Shown: piece by piece, positions 37,888-50,499 of the stretch
How the letters are laid out: each line of letters begins with the position of its first letter
How positions within the stretch are numbered: position 1 is the first letter of the stretch
Assembly (NCBI GenBank): GCA_003971905.1
Contig: RSEE01000092.1
Coordinates: forward strand, 124,001-188,000
DNA from: Moniliella sp. 'wahieum'
Taxonomy: Eukaryota
Reading direction: 5' to 3'
DNA: 64,000 nucleotides
Program-made: the position numbers and the translations under genes
The notes under the pieces: generated by a model
Told to the model about the DNA's origin: nothing
Database searches by the model: none
The model's input: only the letters and a program-made list of their open reading frames with translations

Positions 37888-39935
37888 TTAGGCACCGGGA
37901 TCCGCCAAGGGAGACAAACGTCCGCGGGAAGAAGAGGTACAGGTGGAAGACTGCGACGGCGCGCAGCCTTGTCCAGCGTATGAACACGTTGATGTTGATT
38001 GAGATTGTCCCGACGGGAAAAAGTACTTGTTGCATCCGTCGTAGGAGCACTGAACGGACGCATTTCTGAATGAATCGAACGCAAGTGCCGATTCAAATGT
38101 TCTGACCGACGGAACATTTGCTACATCCAGGCACCTTGCACGCCCACACTCGTCGCCCTTGCCCAACTTGCCCAGCTGCGCCATCTCTTCCAACTTGGTA
38201 GGTACCGCTCGGCCCGCGTCGGACGTACGCGTAATGATCCCCGTTACCGGATCCACTTCCACCCGACGTCGACTGCCCGTACCAATGTGCGAAGGTAACG
38301 AACGCGCCATCGGTTCCGCCAAGACAACCGCCGACGTCAACGCGTACGACGCCGCCGATCCCGCGGCGTAATGGCCGGAACCGACGTCCCAAATGCTTCG
38401 GCATCCATCATGTGCGCAGGCACCGAAGAAGCAGGGATCGGACGGCCTGCCCAACGGTGAAGGTGCGAGCAACGGACTCGTCGCACTCCCGACTCACGCC
38501 GATGACGACATGGACGGCGACGACGGCGGCAACGTATCAAACGGCGAGCTGTCCAGCTCCAGACGCGACAAGAGCGACATGCTTCCCTCAAACGAGGGTG
38601 CGGTGGCGGTGGCGGGGGCGGGGGCGGACCCGGGTCCAAGGGCAGGAGACTGGTGTTTGAGCGTTTGTGGCGCCACCGAGTCGGGCAAGAACGCCGGAGG
38701 AGGATTGGCCTCCATCGCCGACGGTAGACCCGAGGCGTAAAAGGCTGGGAACGGGTTCGGAGCCGGTGGGTAGGCCGGGGTGGCCATAGGCGAAAAGCTA
38801 TTGGTGACCGACGCGTTGGGCACGGGTGAAAAAGCAGTGGCAGACGGGTTGAAGGCCATGGACAGACCCGATGGACCGCTGGTCGCTGCGGGTCGGCCTG
38901 ATGGCGGGGCAGCAAAACCCAGCGGGAGCGAAGCAGGGGGCAGATCGCGCAGCGAAGAGCCAAGGCTAAGGCTGTAGGAGGCTTGGTCCCGCACAGGACG
39001 ATGGGCAGCAGCGGCTGCTGCCAGAGGGGTACCACCCCCGGCCGTCGGCCATCCGTCGGCACCCCACCAGGGGATGGAGCCAAAGGCAAGCGGACCGTCG
39101 GGGGACGACAGACCCGAAGTGGGCGACATGGACAGACCCGAGGGCACAGGCGAGGTGGACATGGACAACCCCGACGGTACGGGGCTCATCGACGGAACCG
39201 AGACGGGACTGCGGATGGCGTCGGCGAGGGAGCTGTTGCCGATCGGGGGAAACGGCGGCTTGTGGATCTGGACGCTGGGCAGGAGGTGAGCGGGCTCGGG
39301 ATAGGAGCGCGATGGAGGCTGCTCGGGCGCTGCGTCGAGGCGGGGCGCAAAAGGAAGCAGCGAGATGGTCTGGCAGACCCAAGTCGGGCAAGGGCGGCTG
39401 GGCGGCTGGTTGGGGCGGAGCATGGGCGAGAGCGGGGGCAGGCATGGCAATGGGCTCGGTGGGGTCGGGGCCCGAGTAGAAGGGCGAGAGCTGCTCGAGC
39501 TCATCCGAGTCGAGTTCGGTGGTGGAGGAGGGCCCCGAGGGGGTCTGGGCCTGGGGGCTGGGCAGGTCGGGGGTGCAGTCGAGGCCAAAGTCGGGCATGA
39601 GGAGGCAGGCGCCCAAGTCGGAGGCGGCCGAGTCGGGCCAGAGGCCGAGGGAGGGGGTGAGGGGGCTGGGGGCGAGTGCGCTGATGGTGGAGGTGGCGGT
39701 GGCGGAGGTGGCGGTGACGACGGGCGGGCGGCGGCGCTGGGGGAGAGGGAGAGGTGGGAGCGGAGGAAGGGGCGGGCGAGGAGGGAGGGGGCCTTGGTGG
39801 TGGGGGGGCGGCGGCGTCGGCGAGGGAGAGGTGGAGGGGGCTGTCGGAGGCGACGGCGGTGCGGATGTGGGGGGGGAGGGGGGCGTCGAGCATGGGCGCA
39901 TACAGCAGGCTGCTGTTGGGGGCGAGCGACTGCAT
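37888..39935 (-). CDS. Msn2/Msn4/Seb1-like C2H2 stress-response transcription factor; frameshifted, 3' end uncertain
   Basis: Pro/Ser-rich N-terminus from ATG 39935. Reassembled fingers [56 protein letters not shown] match the Msn2 recognition helices (RSEHL.R / R.DNL.Q). Confidence 0.8.
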
Positions 39936-42931
39936 GGTGGTGGCAGCGGCGGCGGCGGTGGTGGTGGGAGAGAGCCAGGCGGGGGGGGGGGGAGGGGGCT
40001 GCGGGCGGGGCGTGGGCGCTGGGCGGGCAGGGTGGGCGCAGCGGGGCAGGGGCGAGTGTGCGCTGGGCCGTGGACTGCGGGAGCACGGGGGGAGTGCTGA
40101 TGCGTGCGCCGACGGGCTGCGATCGAGTGCTTTCTTGCCACCGGCACAGACGCAGTCTCCCGTCCGCAGGCAGCTGACGGCTGCGCCAGTGGGGACGCTG
40201 GCGCTGTGGGCGGTGCCCCCCGACATGCGGGAGGCGGCAGCCGGCGGGGCGTCAGCGCACGCAAGGGGTTCTGCGCTGGGGGCGTGGTGTGTGAGATGGC
40301 ATGCAGGGCGCGTGCCTGGCGCGTGCCGGAGATCGGAGAGCACGCATGGGATGCATGCGACATGGGATGCATGATGCATGGATGCATATATTGATGCATG
40401 ATGCGAGGGCGTGTGGGCGGCACGGGGGCACTGGAGCGTGGACGCACGGCGCCTGTGCTCAGCGCACGAACCCCCTGGCGTCGGCGGGTGGCTGCGCGCA
40501 GACAAGCTTTGGCGCCCACTCCGCCAGTAACCCTAATCCCCGCCTCTCCCACCAAAACGTCCCACGTCCGTGCCCACCCGACCCAGCCCACGCCTCCCCG
40601 CCCCCACCCACACCAGCGCCCCAGCGCCCGTCCTGCTGCCGTCGGGCGTCCGCCGAGAGTAGCCGTCGCAGAGGCATACGCCCGCCCCCACCATCCTCCC
40701 GCCCACCCCAATTCATATCCACACCCCTAGCAGACCCGGAACAGCAGCCGTGCTTCCGCCCCTCCCCCCCCCAGCCAACCGTGCCCTGCCCTGCCCTGCC
40801 CTGCGCCCTTCTGCCCTCTGCCCTCGCCGGCGGATTGATGTTGCGGAACCGGCGCCGAAAAACAGATAGCCATCGGAGCACACAGATAATTAAGCTTCCT
40901 CCGTCGTCATCGTCCGGGTCCTCGTCTTCATCCATCTCATCCATCATCCGTCCTCTCCTGCGCCGCAGACACATTCAGTGGCCTAGTAGCCGCTAGCTCC
41001 CATCATGCATCACACATCATGCAAGACGCTGTGAGGGCAAGATGGTCTTCTCCAAACGGCATATGCCACCAACATCCCCCCCCATGCGCCCACACTTGCG
41101 ACGTAACCTTGCCAATGTTGTTCACCGTCAACGAACGTCCAACGCACGCAAACGGCCAATGCGCAACGTGTCGGAAAGTACCGTCGTCGCATGCGACCCA
41201 GGATGTATGACCGCGTGACCGTCCGCCAGCAACCACCGCGACCGCATGGTAGGGGGCATCGACATGGATGCCACACAGTCATGCGGTCCTCCAGTTACTC
41301 CCGTTATGCACTGGTTCTACGAGTCACTATAGTCACAGATCGTTGCATTTTGCTTCCAAGATCCTCTTCGATCTTCGATCGCTGCATCTTGGTATTGGTG
41401 CATTAAGCTTTGCTCCGCCCAGATCCTCTCCCCCTCCCTCTCGACTGGGAACGGAGGAAGACCCGCCCCACACAGTACAGGCACCAGTCCGCACCTGTCT
41501 CCGAACGCCCCCTCGCCCCCACCCATCCAAGCATGCATGATGCAACGATCAAGGAGAGTCTCCCAAGTCCCAAAAATAACGTGTCCTCGCCGTTACGTTC
41601 GCGTTTTGACGATTAACTTTAACCCACCTCTCTTCTGCTGCAGCATGCGTTGGACGCCCTCCCTCAGCCCAAGGCACCGCTCACACCTAGCTATGCAAGC
41701 CACTCAAGCGGATCCGCACTAGTGATTAGATCGATTAGATCGATTACTAGTTCCTAGTTACGACGCTTGTCCCCCCATCAAACCCATTTTACATCGCTGC
41801 GCACCGCTGTTTGAAGCTTAAAGCTTAATGCCGATTACCGCATCGCGTGCAAGGACGAAAGAAACGCCCAGGTTCATTATGAATTCCAGCCTACGGACCC
41901 GTTTCCACCACGCCATGGCGTGCAAGGGCGCGCATTCGGCGTCTCGCCAAAGACACGATCGTGGCTTGTTGCTCCACAGGAGCGAAAAAAAATGGCGCCG
42001 CTGACTAGTGACTGCGCTGACTGTTTCGACAACGCTCAAGTTTAATGTTGCAGGTGGATCCACTCCGACTACCAAAGGGCTGTAGCCTGGGCGGTTCAGG
42101 CTTAGGCTCAGCGTTCCGCCTGGTTCAGCATGTTCAGCCACACTAGAGGGAGGCCCTGAACGTAGCCTGAACGTTACGTTGAACGCCAGAGCGGCTGAGT
42201 ATTGTCCACCAAGTCTTCGTACCGAAGAATATGAATACCGAGTATTGATTGGCGTTTAACGTTTAGCCGTTTCCTTCCATGTACCTACCAGGCACGCGGA
42301 CAGGCAAGAAATCCAAGGAGCGAGGGCGGTAAGGGCACCCTTTCGATCCTCTTGCATTTTGTGCCTTATCCTAACGTCCATCAGTCGTGCTGCATCATCT
42401 GCATCATCGACATCATCATCATCGTCATTATCGTTCTACTACGCCGGCGGCGCACGCGTGGCGCAGGGCAAGACACCAGCCCGGGCCCACCTTCCATGTT
42501 ACAGTGCTGTGGGCGAAACACATTACCGAAGGACCACGCACTACGATTGAGTTAAACTGATCGCCTCTTGTTGAAGCTGAACGCTGAACGATGAACGTTG
42601 AACGTATGCAGTGTGTTGGTATTGAACCTGTGAGGAAACTGTAGCTGGAGCCTGCTAGAGCAAGGTTGGAGAAGGCTACCACAAAGTCGAGCTAGTACGC
42701 ATTACGCGTTACGCGTTACGCGCCACCAATCAATGAATCATGGTAGCGTGTACCTTGCAAAGGTGCAGCTTTGTGCTGTATATACCAATGTTTTGTTTGG
42801 CATGGTCAGGCGCGGCGGTGGCGGGGATATAGGCCTTTGGCACCCCTGGGCAGGCGGAGTAAGCCAGGCATCAGGATGAGTCAGTTAAAAAGTTGTTAAA
42901 GCTTAGCGCTCCTGGCTTTCCTCGGATCTCT

Positions 42932-43154
42932 TGTTGAGCTAGGTGACTCGTGATTTGGCCAAAGTCCCTTCAGCTCCTCTCAGGCCTAGGAATTCCGCTG
43001 ATTCTCCTCTCCTGTTTTCCTCCTTGTCCCGCAGCTTAGCCCTGATGGCGACTCGCTGCTTGATGTTCCTCTGTAGGCATTGCTGGTTGCCACACCACCA
43101 CCACCAGTGCGATTGCATCACCCTCGAGGACCATCAGGACTCCAGGTCTCATCA
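42932..43154 (+). mobile_element. Dispersed repeat family, copy A (begins TGTTGAGC)
   Basis: Alignable by eye to 49988-50232 (+) and 55949-56189 (-), e.g. CGCAGCTTAGCCC...GGCGACTCGCTGCTTG...CAGTGCGATTGCATCA. Confidence 0.75.
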
Positions 43155-43426
43155 TCTCTTCAATGTCATATTTCCACGAATGACATCATGAGGCTATCCT
43201 CCTGAGGCAGGCCGGAGGCCTGAGGGGCCTCCAGGCGAGGATGTGTCTGCCGCAACCAGTCATTACCAGACGAGGTAGATTCCTACTGCAACACTCCGAT
43301 TGCACGCTATAACATCCACATGGGATGGCATGCTCCAACAGGACCAAAGATGCTCAAATCAGGCGATTTTTTGTGTGTGGGGGGGGGGGCGACAGGAGGA
43401 GGGAGGGGGAGATCAAAGTGGCTTTT

Positions 43427-43940
43427 TTAGTTGGTGATGATGCCCTCAAAGCGCTGGCGGAACCAGGCGGCCGTCTCCTCCTTCTTGACGCGGTGGGTGT
43501 ACCCGACCCGAGCGGTCTTTTGCTTCCGACGCGCCACACGTACCCCCGGACGCGTAATCACACAGAAAAAGTCCAAGCCGAAAATCCCAATCGAAGGATC
43601 GTACTTGATACCGAGATCAATGTGCTCGTTGATCCCAAACCCAAAGTTGCCCGTCTCGGAAAGTTGCGACGAGACAGTTCGTACTCCTTCACCTTCAACC
43701 CGCGCTCCAGAATCTCCTCGCCTTCGGCCCACGCACCGTCACATGCGCCGCAATCTTCTCGTTACGCGCCGAATCCCAAACCCACGCAACGTGTACCGCG
43801 CCTTGGACGTCACGGGCGTCTGGCCCGTAAGCTGTTCCAGCACCTTGCATGCACGCGTCAGCGGATCCCCCGACGCGCCCACCGAGCAGTTGATGACAAG
43901 CTTGTCAATCTTAAGGTCCTCATGGGTTCGTCGTCGACAT
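43427..43940 (-). CDS. RPL11: 60S ribosomal protein L11 (uL5); intronless CDS with a 5'-UTR intron (44065-43949); small indels
   Basis: [65 protein letters not shown]...[31 protein letters not shown] intron GTAAGC...CTGAC...CTAG. Confidence 0.96.
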
Positions 43941-45576
43941 GGTGAAGACTAGGCAAGCAAGAAAGGTAAAGTAGCGTCAGCCATTTGCGATCCCTTGGAA
44001 CACCTTGCTCGTGCAGGACTGCGCGCCTTCTGCCCCCACTCACGTCCCGAGACCAACGTGCTTACCTGGACTTGAACTCGACGGTCGTGATCGCCAAGTA
44101 GGACAAGGGTGGGGGGGAGGTGGGACGGCCGAAGAACGAGCATGCTCCGTAGCTAAGAATAGGGTTCGACCATGCGGCGGAATTAATTGAGCGACACTGG
44201 CGCCGTGGGACCATGAACTCAAGCTAGAGCACTAGGGTTTCACCCCCCTGCCGCCTGTTAACGGTTACCCTGCCCAGCGCCTGCTTTGGCCTGCATTGCT
44301 GAACGTTCGAGTTGAACGTTGATGAGGGACGGTCGGTGCGGGCGAGCGGCAGCAGGCCAGTCTGGCTGACATGACCACCTCGGCGCACCGCCGCCTTCAA
44401 AAATACACCTCCATCCCCCATGATCCCATTTCTTCTTTTTGTTGGCCAAACTCTGGCGGCTCCAAAGGGAGAAGAATACTTCTCTTTGTCTCCCTTGCCC
44501 AGTAGTCTGGGTTTTCCCCAAGTCCGGTCTGACTTGGCTAAACTACTGCTTTGCTGATCCCCAATTATTGACGCATGCAACCGCATAGTTAACGAACGAG
44601 AGGCACCGGAGTTATCAGCTGTGCCCGTAGAGTGGCACTGTGGCCGATACCCGCATTCCGAGTCGCCCTGCCACCTATCTGCGTAGCTGTCCTGCAACCC
44701 AATCCCCTGTTGGGAGCCTGAAGCCGACTAGGGCACCAATCAAGGGTATGCAGCAAGACTAAAGGTGGTCTTCCTGTCCACAAGCCGTCGTCGTACTAGA
44801 GTAACCGCTGTCATTGCACAGTACTTCAACGGGGATGGGGGGGCTCGAGGATAATATAGGAAGAGGGTCAAACCCACAGTGTGACCCAAATAACTCCGTA
44901 TCCCGCCCCTAAACCGTTGTACAGTGTTCAAGTTAGTCTGTGTGCAAAATGGCACCAGTATCGGACAGCAAACCAATGTCAAATCTGGTGCAGGAAGTTG
45001 CTGGTCCTCATGTTCAAAGCTGAGCATGTTCAAAGCTAACCCGCCAGAACGAGGAGGAGGCGGAGAAGGAGGAACAGGGGCCGATGCTTTCTATGTGCCA
45101 AGCCTTGTTCGTTGCCATGATGCATGACGGAGTGTAGGGTGTTGATCAGAGTGTCGTTCTTGTTGACGCGGCCGATCGAGCAAATGTTCTGCAGCAGCGG
45201 CAGGTTACGACACGGCTTAGTAGATCAAGCCTGACATGGGGGCTGTGCCAGGGGGCCTGATGCGTGGCATTCCGACGGAGATGGGCGTGTGAGAGGGGGT
45301 GGGGATGGGAAGTAGTAACATGGTGTGTGGAAGTGCATGTGCTTGAAACGCACAGAGCAGCTTTCGGACGTGACTTGACGGTGAAGCCTCAATGCGGTTA
45401 CTGCCGGTTACCTAAGAATTCGGATGTCCGTGCGTCGGCGCATTCTGGTTGGCCGGTGACGCGGTGACGCAGCAGATCCAGTGATGGGCCGGTTTGGAGC
45501 ACGGCGACATGCGTTTGGGGGGAAACGCATCTTGGCCTGCGTTCTTCTCCGCTGCCTCTTCCTCCCTTCCTCCACC

Positions 45577-47128
45577 ATGTTTGCTCTCCGTGCCCGTCCG
45601 CTACTGTCGTTGGCCTCCCCAGCCGCCGGCGTGCGCCATCTGTCGGCGACGGCGCTGCGGCGCCAGGCAACGCCTGCCTACGTGTGCGTTGATATCCACG
45701 CTCCCATCGCGCGCTTTCTGCCGGGCTGACTGCTTTCTTCTGCTCCATCCAGAACAAGGTTCTCTACGAGCCCCTCGCGAGGCCGATCCCGAGGTGGCAA
45801 AGCTGATCCAGCGGGAGACATACCGCCAGTTCCGCGGGCTCGAACTGATCGCGAGCGAGAACCTCACCTCTGCCGCGGTCATGGAGGCGTCCGGGTCGAT
45901 CCTCACCAACAAGTACTCTGAGGGCCTGCCCGGTGCTCGCTACTACGGCGGGAACGAGGTGATTGACGAGCTGGAGCGGCTGTGCCAGAAACGAGCCCTT
46001 GCCGCGTTCGATCTTGATCCGGCAGTGTGGGGCGTGAATGTGCAACCCTACTCGGGCAGCCCCGCCAACCTGGCCGCCTTCACCGCGCTCCTCCAGCCGC
46101 AGGACCGCTTCATGGGCCTCGGCCTGAGCCACGGCGGCCATCTGACTCACGGTCATTACACCGCCACCAAGAAGATCTCTGCCTCTTCGATTTACTTCCA
46201 GTCCTACCCGTATTCTGTCGACAAGGAAACGGGGCTGGTCGACTACGATGCGCTGGCTGCCACCGCGGCCACCTTCAAGCCCAAGATGATTGTCTGTGGC
46301 GGTTCTGCCTATCCGGCCGAGTGGGAGTACGAGCGGCTCGCCCAGATTGCTAAGGACGTTGGGGGCGCGTACCTACTGTCCGACATGGCTCACATCTCCG
46401 GTCTGGTGGCAGCCGGCGTGCAGCGCTCGCCGTTTGAGGTGTACGTGGTGACCACCACCACCCACAAAACCCTCCGTGGACCTCGTGCCGGCTTGATCTT
46501 TTTCCGCAAGGACCGGTACGATGGCGCCCTCGAGGACAAAGTCAACGCCGCTGTCTTCCCGGGCTTGCAGGGCGGCCCGCACAACCACGCGATTGGCGGG
46601 ATCGCAGTGGCGCTCAAGCAGGTGGCCACTCCCGAGTTCAAGGCCTACGCCACGCAAACCATCAAGAATGCCCAGGCGCTCGGAAAGCGTTTGGCGTCGT
46701 ATGGCCACAAACTCCAGACGGGCGGGACGGCGAACCACTTGTTGCTCTGGGACTTGCGCCCGCTGGGCCTGACGGGTAGCAAGGTTGAGAAGTTGGCGGA
46801 CTTGGCTCATGTGACACTCAACAAGAATGCCGTGTCGGGGGACGTGTCGGCAGTGACGCCGCGCGGCGTGCGGATTGGCACGCCGGCGCTCACCTCGCGC
46901 GACATGGTTGAGAAGGATATGGAGGTGGTGGGCGACATGCTGCATGAGCTGGTACAGATCGCTCAGGCACTCCAGGAGGAGGCGGGCAGTAAGTTGCTCA
47001 AAGCCTTCTGGGCTCAGGCCACTACTGGTAACTCGCCTGCGCGCACGCGTCTCCTCGACTTGGCCCGCGTCGAGGCGTTCGCTACTCAGTTCCCGCTTCC
47101 GGGGGTGAAGGAGGTGGTGAAGCCATAA
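45577..47128 (+). CDS. SHM1: Mitochondrial serine hydroxymethyltransferase; intron 45682-45752
   Basis: Presequence [85 protein letters not shown]-lysine motif [23 protein letters not shown]. Confidence 0.96.
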
Positions 47129-49987
47129 GCAGCCCGCGACTACTAAAGGGGTGGGGATGGACAGCCTTTGTTTGTTGGAATGTGTATACAGAGGCGCAAT
47201 GCAATTATGCCATTTTTCTGCGTATAGACCGAGACGCCGCAACACACTGCATGCCCACAAGCTCATGTGCATGGAGGTGTGGATTGTCGGCTTACGCCAA
47301 CCACCGCCGTATTATTGCCTCTCGAAGGCCATAAGTAGATTGTGGTGGTGCGCTGCGCGTCTGTCTTTCAGTTGCACTGCTCTTGTTCAGGCCAGTCCGA
47401 TCATGATACCCGGATGCAGAGCGCCGAATGTAATAGACATCTCATCCAAACAAACGCCACAGTCCCGTTAGACTGGCGAGAGAAAGCCAGCGCGCACCTT
47501 ATCCACTCAGCTCTTTGCGGCCAGACATGGTCGCATGGGGGGCTCATCAGTACGACGCTTGTGCCACCCTCAAGGCCTATCCGGAGGTGGCTTGGCCGCC
47601 AGCTATGGAGAAGGGCTCTGCAGAGCGCTGGCGTTCCGATAATTTGACCCGTGTATACATCGCCATATGTCCAAGAGGGCATGCTGGGGCGTGCTGTGCG
47701 TATATGCGGCGTTCCATGAAGGATGCGGCTGTGGGATTTGGGCCGGAAACGGTCGAGCCCCTGCATGCGAAGTACCCGGCGAGCCCGAAGAAGTTTGGTG
47801 GTTCGGGAGATGTCGGAGCGGGCCCCGCCTGGACAGGCGAGACTAGACTGCAACGAGACCGACGCCGGTGCGCCCCCAATGTTTTTTTGGAGTTGGATGA
47901 TAAGAACATCTATCGCGCGGCAAGCAGCTTCTCCCGAGACCTGGGGGGAGGTTTGGGCGGTTTATACCCGTCGCGCCCAGTCTTGGCAACCATTATTGAA
48001 AACATAATGGGTGGCGTTTTATCTTTTGTCTCCCTGGAAAGCTCCCACATCCTGTTTCTATCTATCCTGAGATCTGATCCCTTCTGAATAGTATAAGCAG
48101 CTCTGTCTAAGGCTCGCTATAGCTGTGAGTTTCTTATCGACCATCCGGATGCTTACCGGCCAATCTCTTTCTCTGCACCCCTGGTTTATTACACTTTGGG
48201 CACACAGATAGTCCGCCTTCTTCCTTCTTCAGCTTTGACTCCTTCAACCTTACGCTGACGGAGTTACGAGACTCACGTCGATCGTGGTTATCTTGTAATT
48301 AGTGCTTGCTCTTCACCTATGACTCCATCATCTGATTTCGACTATACGGCGTCGAGTGCTGCATAATTGTGAAGTATCCCACGTTTTACCTTGGAGTATA
48401 TGAGCCCCATTCATCAATCAGAGGTTTTGGCGACCGCTTCTATTGGCTCCTGGGAAAGCTTGAGCTACGGCCTTTTTGTACGCAGGCAGCCACCCAAACT
48501 AATATTGATCGAGTGTCTCTCCCTCGCATCTACACCCGCTTGGTTCCGCTTGGTTCCGCTTGGTTCGGCCTGGAAGATCCGGGGCTGTACCGCCAAAACT
48601 GTGGGTGGTTCCGATTGGCCGTCCAAGGGCTTGCGCCTCTAAACTACAGGGGCGGGTCCCACACCGGGGCTCGCCCCCCGGACAGCCCATGATGGCCTTT
48701 CATATCTGAATCTGAGGTCACCGTAAAGGATACCGAGAGGTGGTGGAGATGCGGATAGTAAGTGGGCTCGGTGTAGATTGTACAGTCCATCATATCTGAG
48801 CCCTTCCTTCCTCGCGGCCCGTTATGGCCCATTTCTCATCTCTAAGTTGGGCGCAGGCTGGAGAGACACCCCGTTTGAGCACGCTCGACAGGTCGCGGTA
48901 CAGTAGTGTGCCATGGGCTATAAGCGGATACAGAGACAGAGATAAATCATGAAAACCTCCCCCTCTGTTTGCAGCAGCTTTTGGTATGTTCTTCGGCCTT
49001 TTCGATCTTGAGCCGCCGCCTGCTGGTGCTCCAGCTTGTCCGGATCTCAGACCCACTTGATCACACCGTTTGATCACCAATTGGCTGGTTAATAGTAGTA
49101 TGCGCTACCGGCGCGGGCACAGTAGTGACGTAGTATGTGTCTGAATGAAGCCTTCCGGGTCGGCAAGGATGGGAAGTGACAGCGGACGCCAAAGGCTGCT
49201 AGAGCTGGGATTGGACTGGGACAAGATTCGATGTGGCCGGAAGAGAACACAGGCGACTTCAGTGAACAGCTAAAAGTTGAGAGACGTTGCCACGATGGGG
49301 CGAGAAGACGGCCATACGAGGTGGCGAAGTTCCTGTACTGATCAATCGGTGATGAGGACAGGGGGTGTGAAACTGAACATGTTGATGGATCATGGGGAAC
49401 AGTTCATCAATGCAAAAACGTAAACGACGGGTGGCATGTGCCGTCTATCGTCGCAAAGAGTAATGCCATTTCGATGGGACTATTGTGGCCACCAGCTCTC
49501 ACTGGGGCAGAAGGCGCATATATTGTCGCGCGCATTTGTAGGAGTGCTGATGACTTGAGCCACCAGAGACTGGCCCAGAGAAGAAGCACATATGGGGTGT
49601 TCTTGTGTATATACCGGAAATAGTTATGACGTTCGCACATGGGGACTACAGGTTGAACGATCAATGATGCGACCTCGCTTATAGTTAGAAGGTGATGAGG
49701 ATATGCGAGCAGACAAGTAAGAGGTGTTTTGGCGTGCAAAGGAAGTCTTGAGAAACCTTGCCGCTTAATAAGTTGAGGCCATTCTTCATGCCTTCAAAGT
49801 GGCGGAGAAGTATTGTGGAGTGGAAAGTTCATGTGGTTATCGGGCGTCAATGGGGAAATACTAAGCCTGAACGAGCAAGGTGGCTGACAATAGACTCAGT
49901 GGTTATTACATCAACTTTAATTTGCGCTAGATTCAGTAAGAGATCATCAGGAGGCAGAAGATATAACAGCAGCAAGGGAGCCGTGGC

Positions 49988-50232
49988 TGTTGAGCCATCG
50001 GGTGGCTCATGCTTTGGCCAATGTCCTTCAGGTCCTCTCAGGCCTGAGAGTTCCGTTGTTTTTTCTCTCCTGTTTTTTTCCTTGTTCTGCAGCTTCGCCC
50101 GTGGTGGCATCTCGCCGTTTGATGCTCCTATATTGGGGTTGATGGTTAGCTTGGACTGCTGACACCACCCGTGCGATCGTATCCCTCAAGGACATTCTAG
50201 GACCATGAGGGCGCCAGATATCATCAATGGCA
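49988..50232 (+). mobile_element. Dispersed repeat family, copy B (more diverged)
   Basis: TGTTGAGCCATCGGGTGGCTCATGCTTTGGCCAATGTCCTT is nearly identical to the reverse complement of 56148-56189. Confidence 0.72.
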
Positions 50233-50499
50233 TTAGTACCTGCCCATATTTTGGTGCGGTAACCCCAATAGACCCAAGGCACCCCCTTAACAGTTCAAAC
50301 ATAAATAATGACTCAATTGTAGTAGGTAGATCCAATCCGCTCCATTCTTTATAATGGGTTCATGCAGTTGAGCCTTGCCCGTTTACACCCAGCCCTACCA
50401 TCAGCACAAATTACATTTTTCCGAGATAAGAAAATTCCCTGAACTTGAAGTACGAGCCCGAAGTATTATCCTTAATTATTCTCGACAACCTGAAATGCT

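Noticed and set aside
40528..40536. TAACCCTAA as a telomerase RNA template
   Set aside because: A 9-mer in a promoter region with no pseudoknot or CR4/5 that I could recognise. Similar telo-box-like motifs occur at ~36405 and ~44233, so a TF site or chance is more likely.
46430..46470. One-residue shortening before the SHMT PLP motif ([13 protein letters not shown] versus the usual [14 protein letters not shown])
   Set aside because: Most simply a small consensus deletion in an error-prone assembly; no splice signals for a micro-exon.
48790..49080. Kinase-like fragment HGTLLYRDLSS
   Set aside because: A single weak motif with no other kinase subdomains nearby.
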